Assembly (NCBI RefSeq): GCF_019464535.1
Contig: NZ_CP080507.1
Coordinates: 2,910,001 to 2,942,000, forward strand
From: Horticoccus luteus
GTDB taxonomy: Bacteria > Verrucomicrobiota > Verrucomicrobiia > Opitutales > Opitutaceae
Direction of reading: 5' to 3'
Length of the DNA stretch: 32,000 nt
The translations under genes and the position numbers were made by a program. A model generated the notes under the pieces. It was given only the letters and a program-made list of their open reading frames with translations. It ran no database searches and was not told the DNA's origin. This document shows positions 25,217 to 32,000 of this stretch, in pieces (within the stretch, counting starts at the first letter, position 1; every line of letters starts with the position of its first letter).

Positions 25217-26611
25217 ATGTCCATTTCTCCCGCTCCCGAATTGAACGCCACCCTCGCCCCCGAGCCGCTCTCGCCGTCGTCCATTGCCTCGACGGCGCTC
25301 GCCACGCACCCGATCGACATCCTCCGCTTCAACACCTGCGGCAGCGTCGACGACGGCAAGTCCACCCTCATCGGCCGGCTCCTCTACGATTCAAAATCGC
25401 TGATGGAAGATCAGATCGAGGCGCTCGAACGCTCCGCCGACATCACCGGCGGCGGCCAGATCAATCTCGCCAACCTCACCGACGGCCTCCGCGCCGAGCG
25501 CGAGCAAGGCATCACGATCGACGTCGCCTACCGCTACTTTGCCACGCCCCGCCGCAAGTTCATCATCGCGGATACGCCCGGCCACGTCCAATACACGCGC
25601 AACATGGTCACGGGCGCCTCCACGGCGAACCTCTCCATCGTGCTGGTCGACGCCCGCACCGGCGTCATCGAGCAAAGCCGCCGCCACTCCTGCCTCGCCT
25701 CGCTCCTGCGCATTCCCCACCTCGTCGTCGCGGTCAACAAAATGGACCTCGTCGGCTGGAGCGAAGAACGCTTCCGCGAGATTCGCGACGACTTCGAAAA
25801 ATTCCTCCCGCGCCTCGATATCAAGGACGTCAAGTTCATCCCGATCAGCGCGCTCAATGGCGACAACGTCGTCTCGCCTTCCCCTCACACCCCCTGGCAC
25901 GTCGGTCCCCCGCTGCTCGGCCACCTCGAGACCGTCCACATCGCCAGCGATTGGAACCTCTCCGGCTTCCGCTTCCCCGTGCAATGGGTCAACCGTCCGC
26001 ATTCCCCGAGCAACCCGCGCTTGCACGACTTCCGCGGCCTCAGCGGCCAGATCGCCGGCGGCGTCGTCCGCCGCGGTCAGAAAGTGCTCGTGCTCCCCGC
26101 CGGCATCACCACCTCCATCAAACAAATCTGGACCTACGACGGACCCGTGGACGAAGCCTTCTGCCCGCAATCCGTCACGCTCGTGCTGGAGCACGACCTC
26201 GACGTCAGCCGCGGCAACATGATCGTCGGCCTCGACGACTTCATGCCCGGCGCCGGCAGCAATCTCCACGCGAAGATCTGCTGGATGCACCCGCGCCCGC
26301 TTCAACGCGGCAAAAAATACCTCCTCAAGCACACGACCAACACTGTCCAGGCGGTCGTCTCCGAAATCGAAAACCGCATCGACATCACGACGCTCGAACC
26401 CCGTTCCGCGCCGGCCGAACTCGCACTCAACGACATTGGCGAAATTCGCCTGCGCACCGCCAAGCCGCTCTTCTACGACGGCTACGCGACCAATCGTCTC
26501 ACGGGCTCGTTCATCCTCATCGAGCAAGGCACCAACGCCACCGTCGCCGCCGGCATGCTCCTCCCACCCAAGCAAGTCGTGCGCGCCGACGAAATCGACT
26601 TCGTCATCTGA
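25217..26611 (+). CDS. cysN: Sulfate adenylyltransferase subunit 1 (GTPase), no fused APS-kinase domain
   Basis: 464 aa: CGSVDDGKSTLIGRLL (P-loop), DTPGH, NKMD. EF-Tu-like domains II and III follow. The length leaves no room for a CysC fusion. Confidence 0.9.
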   Translation: MSISPAPELNATLAPEPLSPSSIASTALATHPIDILRFNTCGSVDDGKSTLIGRLLYDSKSLMEDQIEALERSADITGGGQINLANLTDGLRAEREQGITIDVAYRYFATPRRKFIIADTPGHVQYTRNMVTGASTANLSIVLVDARTGVIEQSRRHSCLASLLRIPHLVVAVNKMDLVGWSEERFREIRDDFEKFLPRLDIKDVKFIPISALNGDNVVSPSPHTPWHVGPPLLGHLETVHIASDWNLSGFRFPVQWVNRPHSPSNPRLHDFRGLSGQIAGGVVRRGQKVLVLPAGITTSIKQIWTYDGPVDEAFCPQSVTLVLEHDLDVSRGNMIVGLDDFMPGAGSNLHAKICWMHPRPLQRGKKYLLKHTTNTVQAVVSEIENRIDITTLEPRSAPAELALNDIGEIRLRTAKPLFYDGYATNRLTGSFILIEQGTNATVAAGMLLPPKQVVRADEIDFVI

Positions 26612-26750
26612 CGCCCGCTCCCCGGAAACGCGCGCCGTGCGCTCCGCCGCACGGCCGCTCCCGCGCTGCTCGTCTCCACCGCGCGCTGCGCCGCGTTCTT
26701 CGCCCGCAAATCGGTTTACTCTTCCGCGCACGCCTGTTACCTCTCTGCCC

Positions 26751-27164
26751 GTGAAGATTTCCGTCAAAGTCGACTATGCGTGCCGCGTGCTGACTGAAAT
26801 CGCCCGACTGCACGGCACCGGCACCCTCGCGCAAATCGAGCACCTGGCGAAAACCGAGGCCGTCCCCCCTACGTTTCTCGCGCAAATTCTCAGCGAATTG
26901 CGCAACGGCGGGCTCATCACCAGCCGCCGCGGCGCCCAAGGCGGTTACGCGCTCGCCCGCCCGGCCGACCAGATTTCCCTCTACGACATCGTCACCGTCA
27001 TCGATGGCGATGTCCTCGAACTCAGTGGCAACCACGCCGGCCGCACCGGCCGCCGCCTGCGCGCGGTCTGGCAGGACATCCGCACCGACCTCGCCGAGAA
27101 AATGAAAAGCTACACCGTCGACCGGCTGCTCGCGCAAAACGCCGCGGAAATGTATTACATCTGA
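26751..27164 (+). CDS. Rrf2-family transcriptional regulator (no Fe-S ligand cysteines; CymR-like)
   Basis: GTG start: VKISVKVDYACRVLTEIA...LAQILSELRNGGLITSRRGAQGGYALARP. This is a typical Rrf2 winged helix. It has a single Cys (position 11), so the three-Cys cluster motif of IscR/NsrR is absent. Confidence 0.85.
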   Translation: MKISVKVDYACRVLTEIARLHGTGTLAQIEHLAKTEAVPPTFLAQILSELRNGGLITSRRGAQGGYALARPADQISLYDIVTVIDGDVLELSGNHAGRTGRRLRAVWQDIRTDLAEKMKSYTVDRLLAQNAAEMYYI

Positions 27165-27261
27165 GCGCACCCGCCTCGCCGGGTCGCCGCCCGCGCCGCT
27201 ATGCCGCGATTTTGACTCGCCTGCGCTCCCGCCCTGCCCTCCGTTTTCCCGACCGCCCTGC

Positions 27262-28185
27262 ATGAGTCTCGAGTCCATCAAACAAGCGCTCCTCCAATCC
27301 TACGATGCGGATGGCGGCATCAACCATCTCGACGGCATCAACCTGCCCGGCCAGGAATCCGTCAACCTCCTCGCTGCGCAGTTCATGCACCTGCTGTTTC
27401 CCGGTTATTTCGAGGAGACTGGTCTGAGCAAAAACGAAGTCCCCGCGTGGGTCGACCGCCTCCTCGCCAGCGTCGATGCGCGCCTGGCCGCCGAGATCGA
27501 AAAGAGTCTCCGCTTCGCCCGTCGCGATGAGCCCGCCCGCCTCGCCCGCGAACTCACCACCGCCACGCTCAGCCGCCTCCCCGAAGTCCGCCGCATCGTG
27601 CAGACCGATGTCGCCGCCGCCTACCGCGGCGATCCCGCCGCCCGCAGCGTCGAGGAAATCATTCTCGCGTATCCGTGCGTGCTCGTGATCTCGCTCCAAC
27701 GCGTCGCCCACGTCCTCTATTCGCTCAACGTGCCGCTGCTTCCGCGCATGCTCACCGAATACGCCCACGAACGCACCGGCTGCGACATCCATCCGGGCGC
27801 CGAAATCGGCTCCCACTTCTTTGTCGATCACGGCACCGGCGTCGTCATCGGCGAAACCGCCCGGATCGGCCACCACGTCAAAATCTACCAAGGCGTCACG
27901 CTCGGCGCGAAGTCCTTCCAAGTCGACGATTCTGGCGCGCCCGTGAAAGGCGTGAAGCGCCACCCGAAACTCGAGGACCACGTCGTGGTTTATCCCGGCG
28001 CCACGATTCTCGGCGGCGATACCGTCATCGGCGAAAACTCCGTCGTCGGCTCCAACGTCTGGCTCATGCAATCGATGCCGCCCAACAGCATCGCCTATTA
28101 CCAAGGCGACCAGGCTTCCATCGTCCGCGCCCGGCGCAAAAAAGACGATCTCCTCGGCGACAACGGCGGCGATTGGATGATCTGA
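27262..28185 (+). CDS. cysE: Serine O-acetyltransferase, long (EpsC-like) form
   Basis: 307 aa with an N-terminal helical extension. It has a left-handed beta-helix hexapeptide region (IHPGAEIGSHFFVDHGTGVVIGETARIGHHVKIYQGVTLG...). Confidence 0.85.
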   Translation: MSLESIKQALLQSYDADGGINHLDGINLPGQESVNLLAAQFMHLLFPGYFEETGLSKNEVPAWVDRLLASVDARLAAEIEKSLRFARRDEPARLARELTTATLSRLPEVRRIVQTDVAAAYRGDPAARSVEEIILAYPCVLVISLQRVAHVLYSLNVPLLPRMLTEYAHERTGCDIHPGAEIGSHFFVDHGTGVVIGETARIGHHVKIYQGVTLGAKSFQVDDSGAPVKGVKRHPKLEDHVVVYPGATILGGDTVIGENSVVGSNVWLMQSMPPNSIAYYQGDQASIVRARRKKDDLLGDNGGDWMI

Positions 28186-28242
28186 CGCCGCTCGCGTTTC
28201 CGCGCGCCCCCGCGCGTTCGCCATTCCGTCCATCGCCGGCGC

Positions 28243-28971
28243 TCAACGCCGCTTGCGCAGCACCGCCACCGATTGCCCGAGCGCGCCCACGCCGGTGAGC
28301 TTCCTCCCGTCGTCGAGCACCACTTCGCCCTCAAACGGGATGTGCGGTTTGTCGCCGTCCCACACCGCCTCCACGTCCATCTCCAAATAATACGCCCACC
28401 GCTTGATCGCTTCCCGGTCCATGAACTGGTTCAAGTGATCGCCCGGCTGCCCGTGCTCGAGCATGTGGCGAAACACTTCCCAGTGCGACGGAATGAAGAA
28501 CTCGAGAAACGAAAACACGATCGCGCCGCCCGGTTTCAACACCCGCTTCGCCTCCTGCAGGTAGCGATAACTGTCCTCATGCTTCAAATGCGTGAGCACC
28601 GAGAAGAAACACACGAAGTCCGCCGTGTTGTCCGGCGCCTCGATCTTCACGCCGTTGGCCACCGCAAAGACCCAGTCCGACCGCTGCGCCAGTTCGCGCG
28701 CATACGCCAGCAACTCCTCCACCACATCCGTGCCGAGATACCGCACGCCTGGCACTGCCGCGAGCTGGCACGCCAGCCGCCCGCTGCCACAGCCCACATC
28801 GATCACCCGCGAATCCGCCGTCAGGCCGAGCTGCACCAGCAACGCACACTCCAGCTTGCCCATCGCCAGAAAATTTCCGCCCACCGCCTCCCGCAACGCC
28901 GCGTCGCGATCCAGTTTCGCCCGCAAGCGGGCCACATGGGCGGGATAAGTGACAAGGAAGCCGTCGTTCAT
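28243..28971 (-). CDS. Class I SAM-dependent methyltransferase
   Basis: 242 aa. Motif I is VIDVGCGSGRLA, with an acidic post-I residue in YLGTDV. Motif II-like FVCFFSVLTHL and LKPGGAIVFSF are present. Confidence 0.85.
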   Translation of the reverse strand: MNDGFLVTYPAHVARLRAKLDRDAALREAVGGNFLAMGKLECALLVQLGLTADSRVIDVGCGSGRLACQLAAVPGVRYLGTDVVEELLAYARELAQRSDWVFAVANGVKIEAPDNTADFVCFFSVLTHLKHEDSYRYLQEAKRVLKPGGAIVFSFLEFFIPSHWEVFRHMLEHGQPGDHLNQFMDREAIKRWAYYLEMDVEAVWDGDKPHIPFEGEVVLDDGRKLTGVGALGQSVAVLRKRR

Positions 28972-29057
28972 ACGCGGGGGAAAAGAAGGGGCCGCGCCTT
29001 GCCCGGCGCAACGGCGAAAACCTCATTCGCCGCTCCACTTTGGCCCCCGCCGCTCCG

Positions 29058-30611
29058 TCATCCCTCCGCTCCAAACGTGATTCCCTGCGCCAGCGGCAAC
29101 GCGTCCGAATAATTTACCGTCGCCGTCTGCCGGCGCATATACGCCTTCCACGCATCGCTGCCGCTCTCCCGCCCGCCGCCCGTCTCCTTCTCGCCCCCAA
29201 ACGCCCCGCCGATCTCCGCGCCGCTCGTGCCGATGTTCACATTCGCGATGCCGCAATCGCTCCCCCGCGCGGAGAGAAATGTTTCCGCCTCGCGAAGGTC
29301 GCGCGTGAAAATCGCGGAGCTCAACCCTTGCGGCACCGCGTTCTGCCATGCGATCGCCTCCTCGAGTGTCCGGTAGCTCATCACATACAGGATCGGCGCA
29401 AACGTCTCCGCCTGCACGACCGGCCACTCGTTGCGCGCCTCCACGAGGCAGGGCGACACATACAGTCCACGCCGCCGCTCGCCGCCGCACAAAATCGTTC
29501 CGCCACTCCGCTTCGCTTCCGCCAACGCGTTCATCATTCCCGCCACCGCCGCCTCGTCGATCAACGGCCCCACCAGCGTCCTGCGCTGCAGCGGATTGCC
29601 GATCGACAGTTGCCCGTAAGCCGCCACGAGGCGCGCGACCAGTTTGTCCTTCACCGACTCGTGCACGATCAACCGCCGCGTCGAGGTGCAGCGCTGTCCC
29701 GCCGTGCCGACGGCACCAAATAGAATTCCGCGCACGGCCAGCTCCAGATCCGCCGACGGCGCCACGATGATCGCGTTGTTGCCGCCGAGTTCGAGCAACG
29801 TCCGCCCCAGCCGCTGCGCCACCACTTCGCCCACGCGTTTCCCCATCCGCGTCGAACCCGTCGCCGACACCAACGCCACCCGGCGGTCCGCCGCCAGTCG
29901 TTCGCCCACCGTCGCACCGTCGCCGATCACAAGGCCGAAAATCGCCGGATCCACGCCATTCGCGCGGCAAACTTTCTCCGCGATCTTCACGCAGGCGATC
30001 GCCGTCAGCGGCGTTTTTTCCGACGGCTTCCACAACGTCGCATTCCCCGCCACCGCCGCGACGGCGCTGTTCCACGACCACACCGCGACCGGAAAGTTAA
30101 ACGCCGAAATAATCCCCACCACGCCCAACGGGTGCCACTGCTCCATCATCCGGTGCCCCGGCCGTTCCGAGGCGATCGTCAACCCATGCAACTGCCGCGA
30201 AAGTCCCACCGCAAAATCGCAGATGTCGATCATCTCCTGCACCTCCCCCTCGCCCTCGGCGATGATCTTGCCCGCCTCGAGCGACACCAGCCGCCCGAGC
30301 GCCGCCTTCCGTTCGCGTAACGCATTGCCGAGCTGTCGCACCACCTCGCCCCGCTTCGGCGCGGGCACCTCCCGCCACGCCAGCCCCGCCCGCTGCGCCG
30401 CCGCGGCCACGCGTTCATAATCCTCGCCCGTCGCGTGTCGCACGCGGGCCAGCGGTTTCCCGTCGATCGGCGAGCATTTCTCCACTGTCTCTCCGCTCGC
30501 CCGCCACGCGCCGTCAAAGACGCCCGCGTTGCTTTTCGCCGACAACCCCAGCTCCGGAAAAATCGCCCGCGCCACGCCCGCCACCGACGTCATGCCACTT
30601 TTCTTTTTCAT
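29058..30611 (-). CDS. ALDH7-type aldehyde dehydrogenase (alpha-aminoadipic semialdehyde / piperideine-6-carboxylate dehydrogenase, AmaB-like)
   Basis: EGEGEVQEMIDICDFAVGLSRQLHGLTIASERPGHRMMEQWHPLGVVGIISAFNFPVAVWSWN is the ALDH7/antiquitin signature. Catalytic ELGGNN and GQRCTS are present. The true start could be the second Met (MTSVAG...). Confidence 0.85.
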   Translation of the reverse strand: MKKKSGMTSVAGVARAIFPELGLSAKSNAGVFDGAWRASGETVEKCSPIDGKPLARVRHATGEDYERVAAAAQRAGLAWREVPAPKRGEVVRQLGNALRERKAALGRLVSLEAGKIIAEGEGEVQEMIDICDFAVGLSRQLHGLTIASERPGHRMMEQWHPLGVVGIISAFNFPVAVWSWNSAVAAVAGNATLWKPSEKTPLTAIACVKIAEKVCRANGVDPAIFGLVIGDGATVGERLAADRRVALVSATGSTRMGKRVGEVVAQRLGRTLLELGGNNAIIVAPSADLELAVRGILFGAVGTAGQRCTSTRRLIVHESVKDKLVARLVAAYGQLSIGNPLQRRTLVGPLIDEAAVAGMMNALAEAKRSGGTILCGGERRRGLYVSPCLVEARNEWPVVQAETFAPILYVMSYRTLEEAIAWQNAVPQGLSSAIFTRDLREAETFLSARGSDCGIANVNIGTSGAEIGGAFGGEKETGGGRESGSDAWKAYMRRQTATVNYSDALPLAQGITFGAEG

Positions 30612-30662
30612 AAATTTTGTCCCGTTCTCGTGTCACTTCCCGGGTGCGCGGGCGAGCCCGCG

Positions 30663-31733
30663 TCACGCGCCATACACGCGCCCGCCCCACTTCGTCGCGA
30701 GAAACGCTTTGAGCGGCACCGACTCCTGTTTCACGAAACCCGCGCCCAGTTTCCCGCCCGCGAACAATTCCAAAATCGCCACCACGCCCGCCGCCGTCGT
30801 GAGCTGGATCGCCGACAACGTGCGGCGCTGCACCACCGCGCCGCGCATTTTCTTCACGAAGCTCCGTTGCACGAGCCGGCCTTTCACCGTCCCGACGACG
30901 CTGACGTAAAACACGACCACGTCGTGATCCGTCAGCGGCACTTCCTGGTCGAAAATCTGTGTCAACAACTCCTGCCGGTCCGCAAGATTCAGATCCTGCA
31001 GCATGAAACGCATCAAGTCGCGGTGCCCCGGATAGCGCATCGTCTTGTAGTTCAACTCGCCCACTTTCCCCTCAAACGTTTCGCACATCGTCGCCACGCC
31101 GCCCGACGTGTTGAACGCCTCGTATTCCACCCCATCGACCGTCAGCCGCTCCACGCCGTCCAGCGGCAGCGTCGTGATGCGTTTTCCGCCATGCAGCGCC
31201 TCGCCCAGCTGGCAGTATTCGTTGATCAACCCCGCCGTGCTCCAGCTCAGGTAATATTTCATCTGGTTGCTCGCGAACAACGGCAGCGCCCCCACGCGCA
31301 TCTCGCATTGCCGCACGTTGTCGAGGGATGACGCCAGATCTCCGCCCACGATATTGATCGCGCCCGGCGCCAATCCGCACTGCGGCATGAATGTCGCCTT
31401 CGCGTCTTTCGCCAGCGCGCGCACGAAGTTCGTCGTGTGCACATCCTCCGTCAGGTCGAAATACGAAACGCCCCGCTCCGCGCACGCCTGCGCAATCGTC
31501 TTGTTCAAAAAATACGGCGCCGCGCTCACGACTGCGTCGCACTTCTTCACCAACGCCGCCAACTCCGCCGCCTCTTTCACGTTCAACGTCACCGTGCGCG
31601 CCTTCTTCAACCCGCTCACCTCAACGTCCGACCGCGCATCACCCAGCACGACCGCGCGGCAGAACCGGCAGCTCTCCAGCAACGTCGCAATGGTTGCGCC
31701 GACTTTGCCGGCGCCGATGATTCCGATTTTCAT
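30663..31733 (-). CDS. Saccharopine dehydrogenase-family NAD(P) oxidoreductase (possible lysine 6-dehydrogenase or saccharopine dehydrogenase)
   Basis: Start at ATG 31733: MKIGIIGAGKVG Rossmann motif. The central QCGLAPGAINIV and YLSWSTAGLINEY segments are typical of the Sacchrp_dh family. The track start at 31790 is a false extension. Confidence 0.8.
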   Translation of the reverse strand: MKIGIIGAGKVGATIATLLESCRFCRAVVLGDARSDVEVSGLKKARTVTLNVKEAAELAALVKKCDAVVSAAPYFLNKTIAQACAERGVSYFDLTEDVHTTNFVRALAKDAKATFMPQCGLAPGAINIVGGDLASSLDNVRQCEMRVGALPLFASNQMKYYLSWSTAGLINEYCQLGEALHGGKRITTLPLDGVERLTVDGVEYEAFNTSGGVATMCETFEGKVGELNYKTMRYPGHRDLMRFMLQDLNLADRQELLTQIFDQEVPLTDHDVVVFYVSVVGTVKGRLVQRSFVKKMRGAVVQRRTLSAIQLTTAAGVVAILELFAGGKLGAGFVKQESVPLKAFLATKWGGRVYGA

Positions 31734-31797
31734 GGGGTCCTTGGGGTAAATATTTTTCTCGTGCGCCGCCCTCCGCCAGACGCCGCCCATCCGGCCG

Positions 31798-32000
31798 CTA
31801 AGTCGAATGCGCCGCCGTCCTCCGCGGGTCCGTCGCCTCGATGATCACGCTCACCGACTTCTGATTAAAGCCTTTGAATCCGCCCTTGCGCTGCAGGTTC
31901 TCCAGATGACTTCCGATCGCGCCGTCGCGCCGAAACGTCGCCGCCTGCTCCGCGCTGATCAAGCCGTCGCGCCGCAGCCGCTCGATGCGCTCCGGTGCCA
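31798..32000 (-). CDS. Partial CDS, C-terminal 66 codons of an unidentified protein (5' end outside the window)
   Basis: The open frame running in from the window edge translates to ...APERIERLRRDGLISAEQAATFRRDGAIGSHLENLQRKGGFKGFNQKSVSVIIEATDPRRTAAHST, with stop TAG at 31800-31798. Codon use is G-ending like other - strand genes. I recognise no family. Confidence 0.45.
   Translation of the reverse strand, partial: APERIERLRRDGLISAEQAATFRRDGAIGSHLENLQRKGGFKGFNQKSVSVIIEATDPRRTAAHST

Noticed and set aside
1081-26750. N-terminal extensions implied by the track starts at 1081, 4368, 9744, 10165, 11334, 12575, 12810, 13681, 13769, 15027, 16844, 21325, 23440, 26436 and 31790
   Set aside because: In each case an internal start gives a canonical N-terminus (a signal peptide, a lipobox, a Rossmann motif or a family-typical beginning). 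The extension also overlaps a neighbouring real gene or is low-complexity.
21529-28233. Minus-strand ORFs 21529..23394, 23560..24297, 24110..25309, 25391..26767, 26604..27281 and 27199..28233
   Set aside because: They are antisense shadows of cysI, cysH, cysD, cysN, rrf2 and cysE, and have no motifs of their own.
28273-31844. Plus-strand ORFs 28273..29112, 29040..29723, 29644..30420, 30435..31331 and 31437..31844
   Set aside because: They are antisense or out of frame to the methyltransferase, ALDH and saccharopine-dehydrogenase-family genes. Their translations are Arg/Pro/His-rich.
1-32000. A search by eye for CRISPR arrays, tRNA or rRNA genes, IS elements, integrases and long tandem or direct repeats
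   Set aside because: No non-coding gap exceeds about 320 bp and none shows periodic repeats or cloverleaf-like structure. No ORF resembles a transposase, integrase or Cas protein.

Overview
High-GC (roughly two-thirds G+C by eye) bacterial chromosomal window that is almost fully coding. I call about 37 protein genes (23 on +, 14 on -). I found no rRNA, tRNA, CRISPR array, transposase or integrase. The taxon cannot be determined without a database search. Start codons mostly lack a Shine-Dalgarno sequence. Most long ORFs in the supplied track are shadow ORFs or false N-terminal extensions typical of high-GC DNA.

Content from left to right:
- 3' end of a response regulator
- a creatininase-family gene translationally coupled to an aldo/keto reductase
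- a small hicB-hicA toxin-antitoxin cassette whose composition differs from its neighbours; hicA is 59 aa and missing from the ORF track
- a lipoprotein, a PA2169/DUF2383 four-helix-bundle protein and a DUF2937 protein
- gamma-glutamyltranspeptidase, a second aldo/keto reductase and xylose isomerase
- a minus-strand block: VOC/glyoxalase, two exported proteins, glycerophosphodiesterase and an alpha/beta-hydrolase
- a PhyH-family dioxygenase
- an exported Ala-rich protein plus a DUF2145 pair
- a hidden 56-aa DUF1328/YtjA-like membrane protein
- a three-gene phosphorelay (CHASE3-PAS kinase, single-domain receiver, REC-PAS-HK-REC hybrid kinase) followed by a convergent CsbD-like gene
- a large sulfur-assimilation and siroheme cluster: cbiX and cobA diverging from cysI, DUF2061, cysH, cysD, cysN, an Rrf2 regulator and cysE
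- a SAM methyltransferase
- a lysine-catabolism pair (ALDH7/AmaB-like dehydrogenase plus a saccharopine-dehydrogenase-family enzyme)
- a partial unidentified CDS at the right edge

I do not see a clear-cut new defence or mobile system. The best candidates for uncharacterised biology are:
- the DUF2061 membrane protein and the cysteine-less Rrf2 regulator embedded in the cys cluster
- the Fe-S-less CysH with no APS kinase nearby
- the phosphorelay bracketed by small stress-type proteins
- the exported Ala-rich/DUF2145 pair
- a marked strand compositional asymmetry that hicBA violates
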